In this document: positions 21,936-32,799 of the stretch, piece by piece | Layout: every line of letters starts with the position of its first letter | Position numbering within the stretch: the first letter of the stretch is position 1 | NCBI GenBank assembly: GCA_030167865.1 | Contig: JALAGF010005541.1 | Span: 1-43,041 of the forward strand | DNA length: 43,041 nucleotides | Direction: 5' to 3' | Origin: Craspedostauros australis | Taxonomy: Eukaryota | Made by a program: the position numbers and the translations under genes | Notes under the pieces: generated by a model | What the model was told of the DNA's origin: nothing | The model's input: only the letters and a program-made list of their open reading frames with translations | Database searches by the model: none

Positions 21936-22687
21936 ATGTTCCGTTCCATCCTTTCCTCCAGCTTTACACGCTCCGTGCTTGCTTCGCAGCAGACACCCTC
22001 CTTCATGGGCGTGCGCGCCTTCTCCGACATGGTGAAGAATGGAACCGTCAAGTGGTTCGACACCAAGAAGGGATTCGGCTTCATCACGCCTGAGGATGGA
22101 TCTTCCGATGTCTTCGTGCATCAGACCGCCATCCATGCCGAGGAGTTCCGCTCCCTCGCGGTACGTTGGCTTTGGTCGAGTTGGTTTGGACGTCAGAGCA
22201 GTGCGATGGCAAGGAGCAGTGCGATGGCAAGGAGCGGAGCGATGTGAAGTTTTGGAGTGTGAGAATTTGCTCGGTTTGCTAGGCAATGGCGGGATGGCTG
22301 TGCACTTGTGCACTTGCCGTGTTGGATCATCACGCAAAAGGTTACTCATATTTGCGATGTCTGCGATCCAGCCATTCTCTGTCTTCTAACATTCTCCAAC
22401 AACCTCATTTCACACCCTATCATACAATACCATTCATCACGTCTATCCCATCCCATGCTCTCTCTCTCTCTCTCTCATGTGCACATTGCAACTCGCAGGA
22501 AGGTGAGCCAGTCGAATTCTCCACAATCACAACACCAGAGGGCAAGATCAAGGCATCGAACGTGACAGGACCGATGGGTGCCTACGTGCAGGGTGCTCCG
22601 CGCCGATCCCGCATGGACTACGACAACTACCGCGGTTCGTTCGATGGAGGCAGCTTCGGAGGCAGCGGTGGCGGTAGTTCGTACTGA
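21936..22687 (+). CDS. Cold-shock domain protein with predicted mitochondrial transit peptide and Gly-rich tail (137 aa, 2 exons)
   Basis: Exons 21936-22160 and 22499-22687, intron GTACGT...CGCAG. The spliced product gives [15 protein letters not shown] (RNP1), DVFVHQTAI (RNP2) and FRSLA|EGEPVEF...ASNVTGP. The N-terminus [16 protein letters not shown]...RAFS is rich in R/S and has no acidic residues. Confidence 0.93.
22196..22244. repeat. 18-bp tandem duplication inside the cold-shock gene intron
   Basis: GAGCAGTGCGATGGCAAG occurs twice, followed by a degenerate partial third copy. Confidence 0.85.
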
Positions 22688-23334
22688 TCGTAAGATCGAT
22701 GCTTTCTGCGGTGCAGCAAAGACTAGCGCAGAGTGCTGCAACATCCGCGCGGGCGATGGCATGATTTCAGGGAATACGTCGTAGGAGGAGACACCATGTG
22801 CGGTGTGGACGTAGGGCGCTTGGATTTGATAACGTATCATACCATGCTCGTGCATATTATATTATACTACAATCATACACTGCGATGATGTGGAAACGCG
22901 TGTGGCCCAACATGAACTCTCGCATGGTCGTGATACCAGCAACCAACTTGGAATCAAGTATTACGATGCGCGATCTATGCACGTCATGTTGTACGATAGC
23001 ACCATACTGTAATTGTACCGACAAGACAAGCAGCAAGAACAAGGACCGCAGCCAACACTGCGGGACGATGTACTCAAACACAATAAAGTCTACAGATGGA
23101 TGAAGCATAAGTACGATGTGAAACATAATGCTCTATATTCTACATGTTTGTTGTTGTGGTTACTGCGAATGTGTTATTGGATGTTCTGGATGTGCTTGCG
23201 TTCGCCATCACCTGCTCTGCTCGTACGTGTACACCAGAAGCGATTTCACCATTGAGCTGAATGGCATAATAGACGCTTGCCCGATGCATAACACACATTA
23301 TATCATAGCACTCGTACCATACAGAATCATCAAT

Positions 23335-23811
23335 TTACCGTCTTTTGGCCGCAGCAGTCTCCTTCTCATCCTCCCAATCTTCATCATCATCGTCATCATC
23401 ATCAAAGTCGTCATCATCATCATCATCATCGTCGTCCAACAGAATCTGTCCCGACTCCACCTTCTTCCAGTATTCTGTCATATCGTCTTCTTCCGGATTC
23501 AAATAAACCCAGATACCCATACCCGCGATCGATGCCAACGTGAGAGGATACACAAATCGATCGGCCCACGTCTTGCTGGGTGGATGCGGTGGCAGTTGCC
23601 ATGTCGGTGGTTTCACCGTATGGTACGCGATGCGTTTCAAGCCGTAGCGTCCCATGTCGCGATCGGTGCTGAGCGGTTTGCCCGGTGCATACCATTTCGA
23701 TTGGACGGTAGCGTCATTGCTGCTGTTCTTTGTGATCTTGGGCTTGCTCGTCTTGGTGCGCCGCGCGGTGGTCCATGCTGATGTGACGCATCTGCGGAGG
23801 AGAGGCGGCAT
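23335..23811 (-). CDS. Small single-pass membrane protein with basic N-terminus and poly-Asp C-terminal tail (158 aa), possibly mitochondrial
   Basis: ORF from ATG 23811 (MPPLLRRCVTSAWTTARRTK...), one hydrophobic helix FVYPLTLASIAGMGIWVYL, then EEDDMTEYWKKVESGQILL and a long Asp run. Family not recognised. Confidence 0.75.
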   Translation of the reverse strand: MPPLLRRCVTSAWTTARRTKTSKPKITKNSSNDATVQSKWYAPGKPLSTDRDMGRYGLKRIAYHTVKPPTWQLPPHPPSKTWADRFVYPLTLASIAGMGIWVYLNPEEDDMTEYWKKVESGQILLDDDDDDDDDDFDDDDDDDEDWEDEKETAAAKRR

Positions 23812-24433
23812 GATGATTGTGGATGTAGTTGCGGAGGCTATGTATGTAGCGAATGGTGCTGATACAAGCAAGGTTGCAGACTCTGACTTCTATCGGATGA
23901 TGGATTGTATGGTGTTACACTGCTCCTCTCTCTCCACAACAAAGACAGCGACGAAGGCCATGCATGACGATGTGATGGGTTTGAGAGGAGTGAACATCTC
24001 TCGATTTTCGCCATGGTCGTCGTTCGGTCTCGAAAACGTCTGACTCATCTTGTTGTTTGTGCATCTCCATCCAGTCGCGAGTTATTCGGGTTTCAATCCA
24101 TTTCTGTGGAATCCAACGAAGCGCGTTGTTGTCCCATCACAATGCATCCAACAATCTTCGAACAACCTCACCTTCCCTACTTGGCGGTATGCCGCGAACA
24201 AGTCCCCAATCTTGACCATCGACGATGTCGGTTCTTTCGCAAAACAAAATAATGGGATATTACGTAGAATAGGTATGATACGTTATTCTGTTCTATCCAA
24301 AGTAGCGCATGTGTGTTTGGAACTCTGATGTTATAAAGGCCTTTGATGTGGATGCCGCATACGTTGTCGTTTGAGATCTTCATCACTGAAAGATGGAATC
24401 GAGCGATACCTTCCATGATCTAAAATATGGAGC

Positions 24434-25816
24434 TTAGGCCGTCGACTCGGCAGCACCCTCCTTGGGCGCCGTGATGGCAAGATACAGTGCAAACAGGAAC
24501 GCCGTGCCGCCCATGGCACCTTGGAAACCGATGGTCTCGCCCAAGAAGGCGTAGGCCAACGCCGACGACCACAGCGGCTGCGACGCGAAGATGGTCTGCG
24601 CGCGCGTGGGACCCACGGCTTGCATGCCGCCGACCTGCAGGAAGGTGGCCAACGCGTTGACGATCAACCCGCTCCACAAGACGACGGGCACGAGCGAGCT
24701 CTGCGTCAAAAAGTCCGGATTGTTCTGGAAGTACGACAGCGTGTCGTCGTAGGCCAGCCCGATGCACAATGCGACGCTGAGGAAGGCCTGCGTCGCGATC
24801 TTGGTCGTGACGAGCTGCGTGCGCGGGATGATGCGTCCCCATTTGAAGGTCTGGATGTCGTAGAAGGAGTAGAAGAAGGCGCACGCCACGCAGAGCGCGT
24901 CGCCGATGGCCTGCGTTTCGGGCGTGCCATCCGTCATGGCGCCGTTGGGGTCCTGCGTGAAGGCGTAGACGCCCAGCAGGGCGAGGGCGACGGCGGCCTG
25001 GATTTGGCGCGGGATCTTCTCGCCTCGCAGACCTTGGATGACGGGCACGATGAGGGTGGTGAGCTGGATGAGGAAGGCGCCGTGGTTGGCGGACGTCATG
25101 GAGAGACCGTAGAGATGCGACGTGGTGCCGAGGAATTTCCAGAATCCCAATTCGACGCCGCCGAACCACTGCTGCCATCCCAGGTCCTCATCGGTGCCGG
25201 CCAGATCCTTCATGGAATCGACGCTGGAATCGAGGGAGGAACCGCCGACGACGAGACCCGCCCATGCGACGACGGCGACGGCCGCATTGAGGAGGAGGGG
25301 CGGCGGTCCGCCATTTGCGAACGCACCATGCCACAGTGGGTTGGTGGTGGCATTAAGGAATGTGATGAATCCGATGATCGCAAAGCCCTTGGTGTAGTCA
25401 TCCATCGATGACAGCGATGACAGCGAGAATGGCTGGCTGTCCGCCTCCGCAGACGGAGTTGGTGCTGATCGTGATGTTGTCGCCGTCTTTGTCGTGGTGG
25501 TGATGGCCGGGTTTTGCTGCGGCATCCACTGTGCGAATGGATTGGAGACGCCGCTGGCAGCCGCATTGCCGGCCACCTTCTTCGTCTTGGCGCCGGCGGA
25601 ACTGCGCGCAACCTTCGCTGCTTTGTCTGATGTGGATGAGACCGACAATGTCGTGGCGGATGGACGGGCGTTGCTGCGATGATTTTGGAATGCGCGTTGC
25701 GCCGTGCCCCTGCTCGTCCCCGTGGATGGTGAGAAAGCCAAGGCGGCTGCGGTGTGTTGATGAGTGAAGGTGGTGGCAGCCGCGAGGAGCAGCAATGATG
25801 ACGGTTGGAACTTCAT
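24434..25816 (-). CDS. EamA/DMT-superfamily transporter with bipartite plastid-targeting presequence (460 aa)
   Basis: Signal peptide ending AAALA-FSP (ASAFAP-like), S/T/R/K-rich transit peptide, and about 10 hydrophobic helices with GGVELG, TSANHGAFLIQLTTLIVP, GDAL and GPTRAQTIFASQPLWS...LGE motifs. Confidence 0.9.
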   Translation of the reverse strand: MKFQPSSLLLLAAATTFTHQHTAAALAFSPSTGTSRGTAQRAFQNHRSNARPSATTLSVSSTSDKAAKVARSSAGAKTKKVAGNAAASGVSNPFAQWMPQQNPAITTTTKTATTSRSAPTPSAEADSQPFSLSSLSSMDDYTKGFAIIGFITFLNATTNPLWHGAFANGGPPPLLLNAAVAVVAWAGLVVGGSSLDSSVDSMKDLAGTDEDLGWQQWFGGVELGFWKFLGTTSHLYGLSMTSANHGAFLIQLTTLIVPVIQGLRGEKIPRQIQAAVALALLGVYAFTQDPNGAMTDGTPETQAIGDALCVACAFFYSFYDIQTFKWGRIIPRTQLVTTKIATQAFLSVALCIGLAYDDTLSYFQNNPDFLTQSSLVPVVLWSGLIVNALATFLQVGGMQAVGPTRAQTIFASQPLWSSALAYAFLGETIGFQGAMGGTAFLFALYLAITAPKEGAAESTA

Positions 25817-27153
25817 GGTTGTTTGTGGTTATTGGTGGTAGCTGGTGTTGATACTGACAGATGTGATGAGTCTTGCTGAGATGAATGTTGGTACTATTCG
25901 AATGCTACGATAATCGATTGTCATTGTTGATGTTGGAGATGAGAGAGCGACCGATTGTGCAGTGATGGTGGATGCGGTTGGTTGTCCATCGTCGAGACAT
26001 TGTCACAAGCACAACAGGGAACAGTGAATGGAGCAATGAACGGTGTGAGTGGAAGTGATGCCAATGGATGGTGTATTGGATGGACTGGACTGGACGAAAT
26101 GGATGCAATGCAGTATGGCATGCCGATGCAATCAGCAACCCATGGCTGCTCTCCCATGGCATCCTCGCATGACGACCATTGCATTGACAGAACAGCGCGC
26201 GATGCCATTTTGAGAACGCAAACGAAGACTCACCGACTGATCAAGTAATAATGGATGGAAGGCTTGATGAATGGAATTGTGATGGTTGTGTGCTGTCTGT
26301 CTGTGTCTGTATCTGTATCTGATGGAGTATGGTGTGGTGCAGTGTGGATGGACGGAGAGATAGAGAGGAACAACTGCAACAAGGGTGCTGTGTCGACTTG
26401 TGTCCTTGAGATCTGGTTTGTTGAAGGAGGAGGATGTGATCGGATCACAGTAGAATGGAAAGACGTCGGAGCAGGGCAAGCAAAGGCAGAGCAGAGTAAA
26501 TGGATTCTGTGAGAGCGAGAGTGAGTTGCAGATGCTGTCGTCACAGGATGCGACTCTGTCCGTTCTTCTCTGTCGCCAGCCGCGCACTCTGCCACACCAC
26601 GCCACACCATACTATTCAGAGTCGTACCTCGTTTGGATTGTGTTTGCAATGGAGAGTACAAGCGACAATTGCGATCGCCTTACGTTTGTGCTGTCGTCGT
26701 CGTTGTCGTCGTCGTCGGTCCCAACTCATGTGGAACGCAATCTCGCAACAACTCATCCAACACGCAACCCCGCAGTCTTTTCGTCCTTTACTCTTCTTTC
26801 CATCATGTTCCGCGCTGCAACCAACGAATCATCGGAATTCAACAAACAAACAAACACACGCACACACAAACACGCACAACAACACGACAACGATGATCAC
26901 GACCACGTTGCCACAATCGCATGGGAAAAATGTGAGCAGAATTTGGTTCGGTCTCGGTTCAGAACAATTCCCATCGACGCCAACCAATCAGACGGAGTCA
27001 ATTGAAACAGCCACCAGAATTCTTCCTTCGGAGTGTGGGAACATCTGTTTTCGTTGTCATTGGAGAATTTATTTGGATCGAGTTAGTCGAAGTTTGATAC
27101 ACCCTCCAAATTATCCGTTTCACGTTCCAATTCAATCACGAACTAAAGATTCC

Positions 27154-28752
27154 TCACAACATGCGTTTCATCTCCCCAAACCGCTTCACTTTCTTGCGCA
27201 AACGTTCGCGATCCTCCTCGATCTCCTTGCGCCACGCCGCGACACGTTTGGCACGTCCGCTGTCCCACGATCGCTTCAGGATGTCGGCGGATCGGATCAG
27301 CAACTCCCACACCAACGTGGGATCATCACTGACCTTGCAGATGAGCGTGCCGAAGATATGCGGCGACAGCGTGGTGCATCCCAGATTGCGCACGAGCTCG
27401 TTGCGTCGCAGCATACGCCGCATCATGCGCTGCCATCGTTTCGCGGGCGGCGGCGTGAGGCGGATCATGGAGAGACGCGGCGCTGTCGCCGCGGTCTGCA
27501 CCAGTTGCATCACGTCGCGCGGCGGGCCCACTCGGGGTTTGCTCGCATCGAACAAATCCAGCGTGACGAGGTTCGTGTTGCGCTGCAGCAACGACACGAT
27601 TTGGGACCACCATTTGTCGTGATCGGCGAACACGTTCAGTATGATGATCTGCAGGTTGGATTTGCTCAGCGTGTCCATGATCTTGGCGAGATCGGAGCTG
27701 CTGTAGAATTCTCTCTTGTCGTACAGACCGATCCGGGTGAGGCGATTCGATTGCAGGATCGGCACGAGGCTGTCGCAGTCAAAATCGCACTCCTCCATAT
27801 CCAACGACTCCACACGGCATTCCTCCTCCGTCCCCAGCAGATACGATTGAAACGCGTGGGATGACGCGCCGAATTCGCATTCGAAGCAACAGACAATCCT
27901 GGCCGTCATGGCGACGCGCCGCAGCAGCTTCGTCTGGTTCGTGAGATCCAGATCGTCCAGCTCCACCGTCTTCACCTTGGGCAACGGCACGTCGCCGCTG
28001 TTGAACATCTTGACGAAGGGACTGAAAATGGCAAGCGTCCCATTCGCGCCACCGTTCTGCAGCATGCCGAAGAATATCCGCAGCAGCGGCGCCAACCACG
28101 AATTGTTCTGCTTCAGATGCAGAAAGATGCCGTTGATGCAGCAGATGGCCTTGAAGATCGACAGCTCCTCATCATGCGCGAAGATGGATCCGAACGATAT
28201 CATGCCGTTGGCCTTCACGAGCCGTCGCAGATTTCCGAACGCGTAGCCCTTCTCGACGGCCTTGTTCCAGAACTCGAAGGAGGCTGGTATGATCACGCAG
28301 TACTGCGACGGATGCTCATTCTTCTCCGTCGTCGATCGCGTGTGTGACGTCGGCGTTTTTTGCATCTGCAGTATTTGAAAGAACTCGTGCAGGGCGATAT
28401 CCGTTTGGACCTCGTCGTCAATGAGGTTGATGCTGTTGCAGACGCTGTTATCTTGGCCATTGCTGTCGCAGTCACTGCCCCCGCCGTCATCGCTATCACC
28501 ATCTCGGTTGTTGTCACTGCTGTCGTGGCTGGAGTCATCATCGGCGGCCTCATCAGTCCTGAGATTATTGTTTGCTTGTTCACCAGCAGCATCATCATCA
28601 TCATCATGATCGGGATCCCTCGATGGGTGATCATTTCTGCTGCTGTTGCTGTTGTTGGTGGTGGTATTGCTGCTGGTTCTGACATTGTTCGACTTGTTGT
28701 TGCTGGCACTGCCATCAGCACTGCCGTTCGCACTGCCGATGGAGTTTGTCAT
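27154..28752 (-). CDS. Uncharacterised protein with N/D/S-rich N-terminus and degenerate RNI-like leucine-rich repeats (about 532 aa)
   Basis: Long ORF with LRR-like units (VKTVELDDL, VESLDMEEC, LTRIGL, LQIIIL, LQRNTNLVTLDL) and a C-terminal LRRN...LVWELL cap resembling lineage-expanded diatom LRR-like proteins. Confidence 0.7.
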   Translation of the reverse strand: MTNSIGSANGSADGSASNNKSNNVRTSSNTTTNNSNSSRNDHPSRDPDHDDDDDAAGEQANNNLRTDEAADDDSSHDSSDNNRDGDSDDGGGSDCDSNGQDNSVCNSINLIDDEVQTDIALHEFFQILQMQKTPTSHTRSTTEKNEHPSQYCVIIPASFEFWNKAVEKGYAFGNLRRLVKANGMISFGSIFAHDEELSIFKAICCINGIFLHLKQNNSWLAPLLRIFFGMLQNGGANGTLAIFSPFVKMFNSGDVPLPKVKTVELDDLDLTNQTKLLRRVAMTARIVCCFECEFGASSHAFQSYLLGTEEECRVESLDMEECDFDCDSLVPILQSNRLTRIGLYDKREFYSSSDLAKIMDTLSKSNLQIIILNVFADHDKWWSQIVSLLQRNTNLVTLDLFDASKPRVGPPRDVMQLVQTAATAPRLSMIRLTPPPAKRWQRMMRRMLRRNELVRNLGCTTLSPHIFGTLICKVSDDPTLVWELLIRSADILKRSWDSGRAKRVAAWRKEIEEDRERLRKKVKRFGEMKRML

Positions 28753-30288
28753 GGCTGGCACGTCAACACTTGGAATCCTCTGCTTTCTTTTCGTATTAGA
28801 ACTGATCTATTATACCATGTAATCGTTGACGCCAAGTTCAGGGCTCCGTAAAGAGCAAGCAAGTGTGCTGATAGAGTATGGGACAGGGAGATGGGGGATG
28901 GTATGGGGAGTACCAAGAACCACTGTGCTCACAGCGAGCGCAGCTTTGTGTGGTGTTGCCTTGTGTTGTGTCGTCTTGTGTCGTGATGTCCGTTGTGGCG
29001 GTATGTGGTGGCAACCTTTTCGTTTTTGTCGCCGTGGTCGATGGAGTCGAAGATTCGATTTCCAAAGCGCTTTCTTTCTACATTCAAACAGCATCTAACA
29101 AGAACACCATTCGCCACAGTCCACAAGCATCAACTCTTCTCTGAGCGTCCCTGTCGCGCGTGACCAGAGATCGTCATCTCTGATGTGGTCTGTCCTCTTC
29201 GTTGCATTTCGGTTCTTCTCGGTATCTCGGAGGTCTTCAAGTCGTTGCAACGTCTTTCGTTTGCCGGCAAAGGAATCAGTGATGACGTAGCGCTGCGAAG
29301 CGAGCTCCGAACGAAGCATACCTGCAGTTGCCGACAAATGACAAATTACGTACACACACATCGTGGATGTTGCTCTGAGGTCGAGAGAGAGAGAGATCAA
29401 ACAGAACATGGCGCGATTGCCATCCAGGGTTGCCGAGTAGAGTATCGCACAAACAGCGAAAGACAAGACCATAGTCAGCGCATGGTATAACCCCTTCAAG
29501 CGCCTCTGCCAAGGTACTGTTAGAGTATGATACTGGTACAATGTTGAAGCGGAAGAGGTGCGAGTGGTTGCATGCATGGTACTGTCAGACTATTGTATTA
29601 TACTCCACATGTATTCGCACCGCTGCGCGAATACAGTATTCATGACACGGCAAGAGTATGCATGTGCATGTGGGGTAGGTGTGTATGGTACCTATTATAA
29701 CAGTTGTGTGGAATATCTATTTCTTCAATGAATCCATGCATTCGATGTTGCAGTGAGGTGCTTGTGTAGAGCTGATCTTCCGCAACCTCTGCTACCGGCT
29801 TCAGGTCTGGCATGTGGTGTGCCTACGACCACTCTGTTGGTAGTGTGGTTCAGATTGTCTTTGCGGTGATCGTTGTCGTGTTGGTGTCGTGCACTAGTGT
29901 ACGAGTGTACTTGTATGCATGGAAGTGTTATGTAGTGTCCTGTTCATCCCACTGGTATTGCTATCGATGTTGTGCTCCATGGTGCTCCTGATGTCGCTGC
30001 TCTTGTTGGTATCCAGCATACCTAGTTGGTGCTCTGCGCCGCATTTTCTTGGTTTGGGGTTGAAAAGAATGGACCTTTCCTCCTATCCTTTTCTCTGTTA
30101 GACCGTAATAGTATCGTATACAGAGCAGAGCAGGCAAGAATGAAGACGATATATGGGGGTGATGTGTGCATGTGAGTTTGTGCACAAGCATGGCACAGAT
30201 GTGTGCGCGCACCCCTTCGTCATTGACTTGTTGTGCTTCCTCAGTCGACCGTGATCTTCCTGTGAATTTCATCGATCGTCAGATCAAC

Positions 30289-32799
30289 TCAAAGATCCAC
30301 CTTGGTCGACTGGAGCTGCTCCTGGTATCGTTCGAGATCGGCCCGAGCGACATCGCGGAAGAAGTCCTTCTCACGGGCCGGCAGATCTCTCCAGCGCTTG
30401 CCAATCACCTTGGACAGCGTCGTGAAGGAGATCTTGCCATGCGTCTTGCGGTGGATGCGGCGGCGCTTGCGGTCCTTGTTGACATGGTGCCACAACAGAC
30501 GTTCCTTGCGCACCCGATGCAATTCGTGTTCGCGTGGGATATTGTCCGTCCCATCCACGATGCGCCCGCGTTCCTCAGCGAAGAAGAAATTGTACGCGGA
30601 CAAAGGTTTCACAATGTCTGGTGTGGATGGATGGTTTGCGGTGTTGCCATTCTTGTTACAGTTGTTGCCTTCGGCAGTCTTGGACTTGGGCTTCGCATTC
30701 GATCTGCGCGTCGATCTTGTGACCGAAGCCGATGGGGATGGCATCGATTGGGATCGTGGCCTGGAACGAGACGCGGACGTGCGCTTGGGCGTGGCGAAGA
30801 TGTTGTTGCTGCTGCGGCCGCTGCCAGCAGCGGAGCGGACGCTATCCGGATTCACCGCCCTGGTCCGACGTGTGGACGCGCACGGTGATCCCGACGGAAG
30901 CGGCTGGGAGTCATGGCTGCCGCTGTCGCGTGCGCTGCTGTTCCTGCGAGCGACGTTGAGGCTGTGCCTCTTGGCCACCACATCGAACTGCTTGCCGCGT
31001 CGCTGATGTGGGTGCGCTGAAAGATTCGCACGCGAAGCATCGTTGTGCGGAGGGGCAAAGGCTCTGCTGGTTGCCGTCTCGAACCGGTGACGGTCGAAAG
31101 CGCCGTTCTCATGGTGAGACGGATCCTGCGGAAACGCGTCTTCGCCGACACAGACGGCTCGCTGCCCGTTCGCAGGTGCCATCCCGTCCAGCTCCATCGG
31201 TTGATCCAGCAGCGTGTCGATGTCACCAACGACGCGTTGGTAGTTCGCGTACAGCTGGTCGATGGACACGATGGATGGGAGCTTCTCCCCCATCTGGGAG
31301 GAGCTGGAAGGTGGCTGGCCTTGTGCTTCGCCATGCTGTTGAGCAATGGGCGAGGACAGCTGTGGACTCGCGCGGGGCTGATCTGGCGCATGTGCCATGC
31401 CTTGTGCCTGGGCTTGTTCTTGAAGTTGGACATCTGCCTGTTCGTGCGCCGTTGGTTGATCTTGGCCTTGACCTTGACCTTGGATGTGGACTTGTGGTTG
31501 TACTTCTGGCTGGGTGTTGGCCTGGGCTTGGGCTGGCGAGGCATTCGAGTATGCTCGTTGTTCGGAGAGAACATCGGGGAAGGACTCGTTGGTCTCGTCA
31601 AAGTCCATCGATTGAACAGGGATGGGAGTGCAGTCCGCGTACGAATGCGGCGATTGCTCATGCCCAGAAAGAACCGGAACTGGTGCATGGATGGATCCGT
31701 CGGAGTTGGGGACGGAAAAGTTCGCGTTGGCTTGAGTCGGTGCGTCTTGTTGCTTGACGTCGTGTGTGAGGATGTTCTCTTCGAAGATGGCATCGCAGTT
31801 CGTCGGTGGGAAAGGATCGATCGAGTACCTACGTTGCTTGTCCGGATGCGGGCCGTGCAGATCGTCACATGGCTGGACGATCCTGGCCGCCAGATCAGTC
31901 GATCGTTGGTCGACATAGCGCTGGCGCCGGTGTGGGTGCTGCTCTGGCAGCTGTTGTGGATGAGGAGGAGGATAGTGATGGTGACGGCGGCTACTGTACC
32001 GTGTGAGTTCCACCAGGCTGGGTGTGCGCGGTGTGCTGGAGCATAGCTTGTCCGTGCCATGCAGGTAGTAGTGTTGGTTGAACGGATTCTCGTTGACGGT
32101 ATCATGGTTGTTGTTGTTGGTGGTGGTGTTGGTGCTGCTGCCGTCAGTGCTGCTGCTGTTATCTGTGCTGCTGGCGCGGTTGGTGCTGTTGTGACCGTCG
32201 CCACTCGTGCGGCTCCCGGCTTGGTTGAAGCCGGTGCCTGTGACGTTGATGTCCGACTGATGATGTGGTTCTTCCTGTTGGTGTCTTGGGGGATGATGCT
32301 GTTGGGGTTCTGATGTTCGCCTGTGGGTTGACATCGGTTCCCTTGCCCACATCTTCATGGAAGGGTACTCGTGACGCGTCCCGTGCGGTGGTCGCGGCGG
32401 TGGTTGGGTACCGTCCATGTTGCTGGCGCTGTTCATGGCCCTGTAGTCTAGGCTGCTCTCCCAGTTGCGCCCAGCGTAAGGGAGGTAGTTGAGAGGGTCT
32501 TCTTGCGTCAGGAGGTTCTTGAAGTCGCCGCTGTTGCGGCACCTGGCGAGAGCTGGATCGTCAGCAGCCCGGGCTGCCGGAGTTTGACAAGAGCGAGATC
32601 GAGCACTCCCTGGCTCCTGAGCAGTGGCGCGGAAGTGGGCGGGAGCGGGGACGGCCGGCGGATCGAACCACAATGCCTCTCTGTCGACTCTTCCGTGCTC
32701 GTGGTTGTTTCTGGTGGAGCTGTCATTGTGATGATGTGCGTTGTGATGGTATGCTCCGCAGGACACGCTGCGGGGACGACTGCCATCCGCTGAGATCAT
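30289..32799 (-). CDS. HMG-box DNA-binding protein with long disordered N-terminus (about 836 aa)
   Basis: C-terminal KPLSAYNFFFAEERGRI...RIHRKTHGKISFTTLSKVIGKRWRDL...FRDVARADLERYQEQL, an HMG box with an insertion between helices 1 and 2. Start taken at ATG 32799 after a CAA-rich leader; the frame is open up to 33303. Confidence 0.88.
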   Translation of the reverse strand: MISADGSRPRSVSCGAYHHNAHHHNDSSTRNNHEHGRVDREALWFDPPAVPAPAHFRATAQEPGSARSRSCQTPAARAADDPALARCRNSGDFKNLLTQEDPLNYLPYAGRNWESSLDYRAMNSASNMDGTQPPPRPPHGTRHEYPSMKMWAREPMSTHRRTSEPQQHHPPRHQQEEPHHQSDINVTGTGFNQAGSRTSGDGHNSTNRASSTDNSSSTDGSSTNTTTNNNNHDTVNENPFNQHYYLHGTDKLCSSTPRTPSLVELTRYSSRRHHHYPPPHPQQLPEQHPHRRQRYVDQRSTDLAARIVQPCDDLHGPHPDKQRRYSIDPFPPTNCDAIFEENILTHDVKQQDAPTQANANFSVPNSDGSIHAPVPVLSGHEQSPHSYADCTPIPVQSMDFDETNESFPDVLSEQRAYSNASPAQAQANTQPEVQPQVHIQGQGQGQDQPTAHEQADVQLQEQAQAQGMAHAPDQPRASPQLSSPIAQQHGEAQGQPPSSSSQMGEKLPSIVSIDQLYANYQRVVGDIDTLLDQPMELDGMAPANGQRAVCVGEDAFPQDPSHHENGAFDRHRFETATSRAFAPPHNDASRANLSAHPHQRRGKQFDVVAKRHSLNVARRNSSARDSGSHDSQPLPSGSPCASTRRTRAVNPDSVRSAAGSGRSSNNIFATPKRTSASRSRPRSQSMPSPSASVTRSTRRSNAKPKSKTAEGNNCNKNGNTANHPSTPDIVKPLSAYNFFFAEERGRIVDGTDNIPREHELHRVRKERLLWHHVNKDRKRRRIHRKTHGKISFTTLSKVIGKRWRDLPAREKDFFRDVARADLERYQEQLQSTKVDL

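Noticed and set aside
24420..25411. Overlapping 252-aa and 296-aa ORFs across the EamA gene
   Set aside because: They are off-frame or antisense products of GC3-rich coding sequence.
26500..27864. 454-aa plus-strand ORF
   Set aside because: It is largely antisense to the LRR-like gene and has no recognisable domain.
30302..32204. Several 230-450-aa ORFs overlapping the HMG gene
   Set aside because: They are alternative-frame shadows of a low-complexity coding region.
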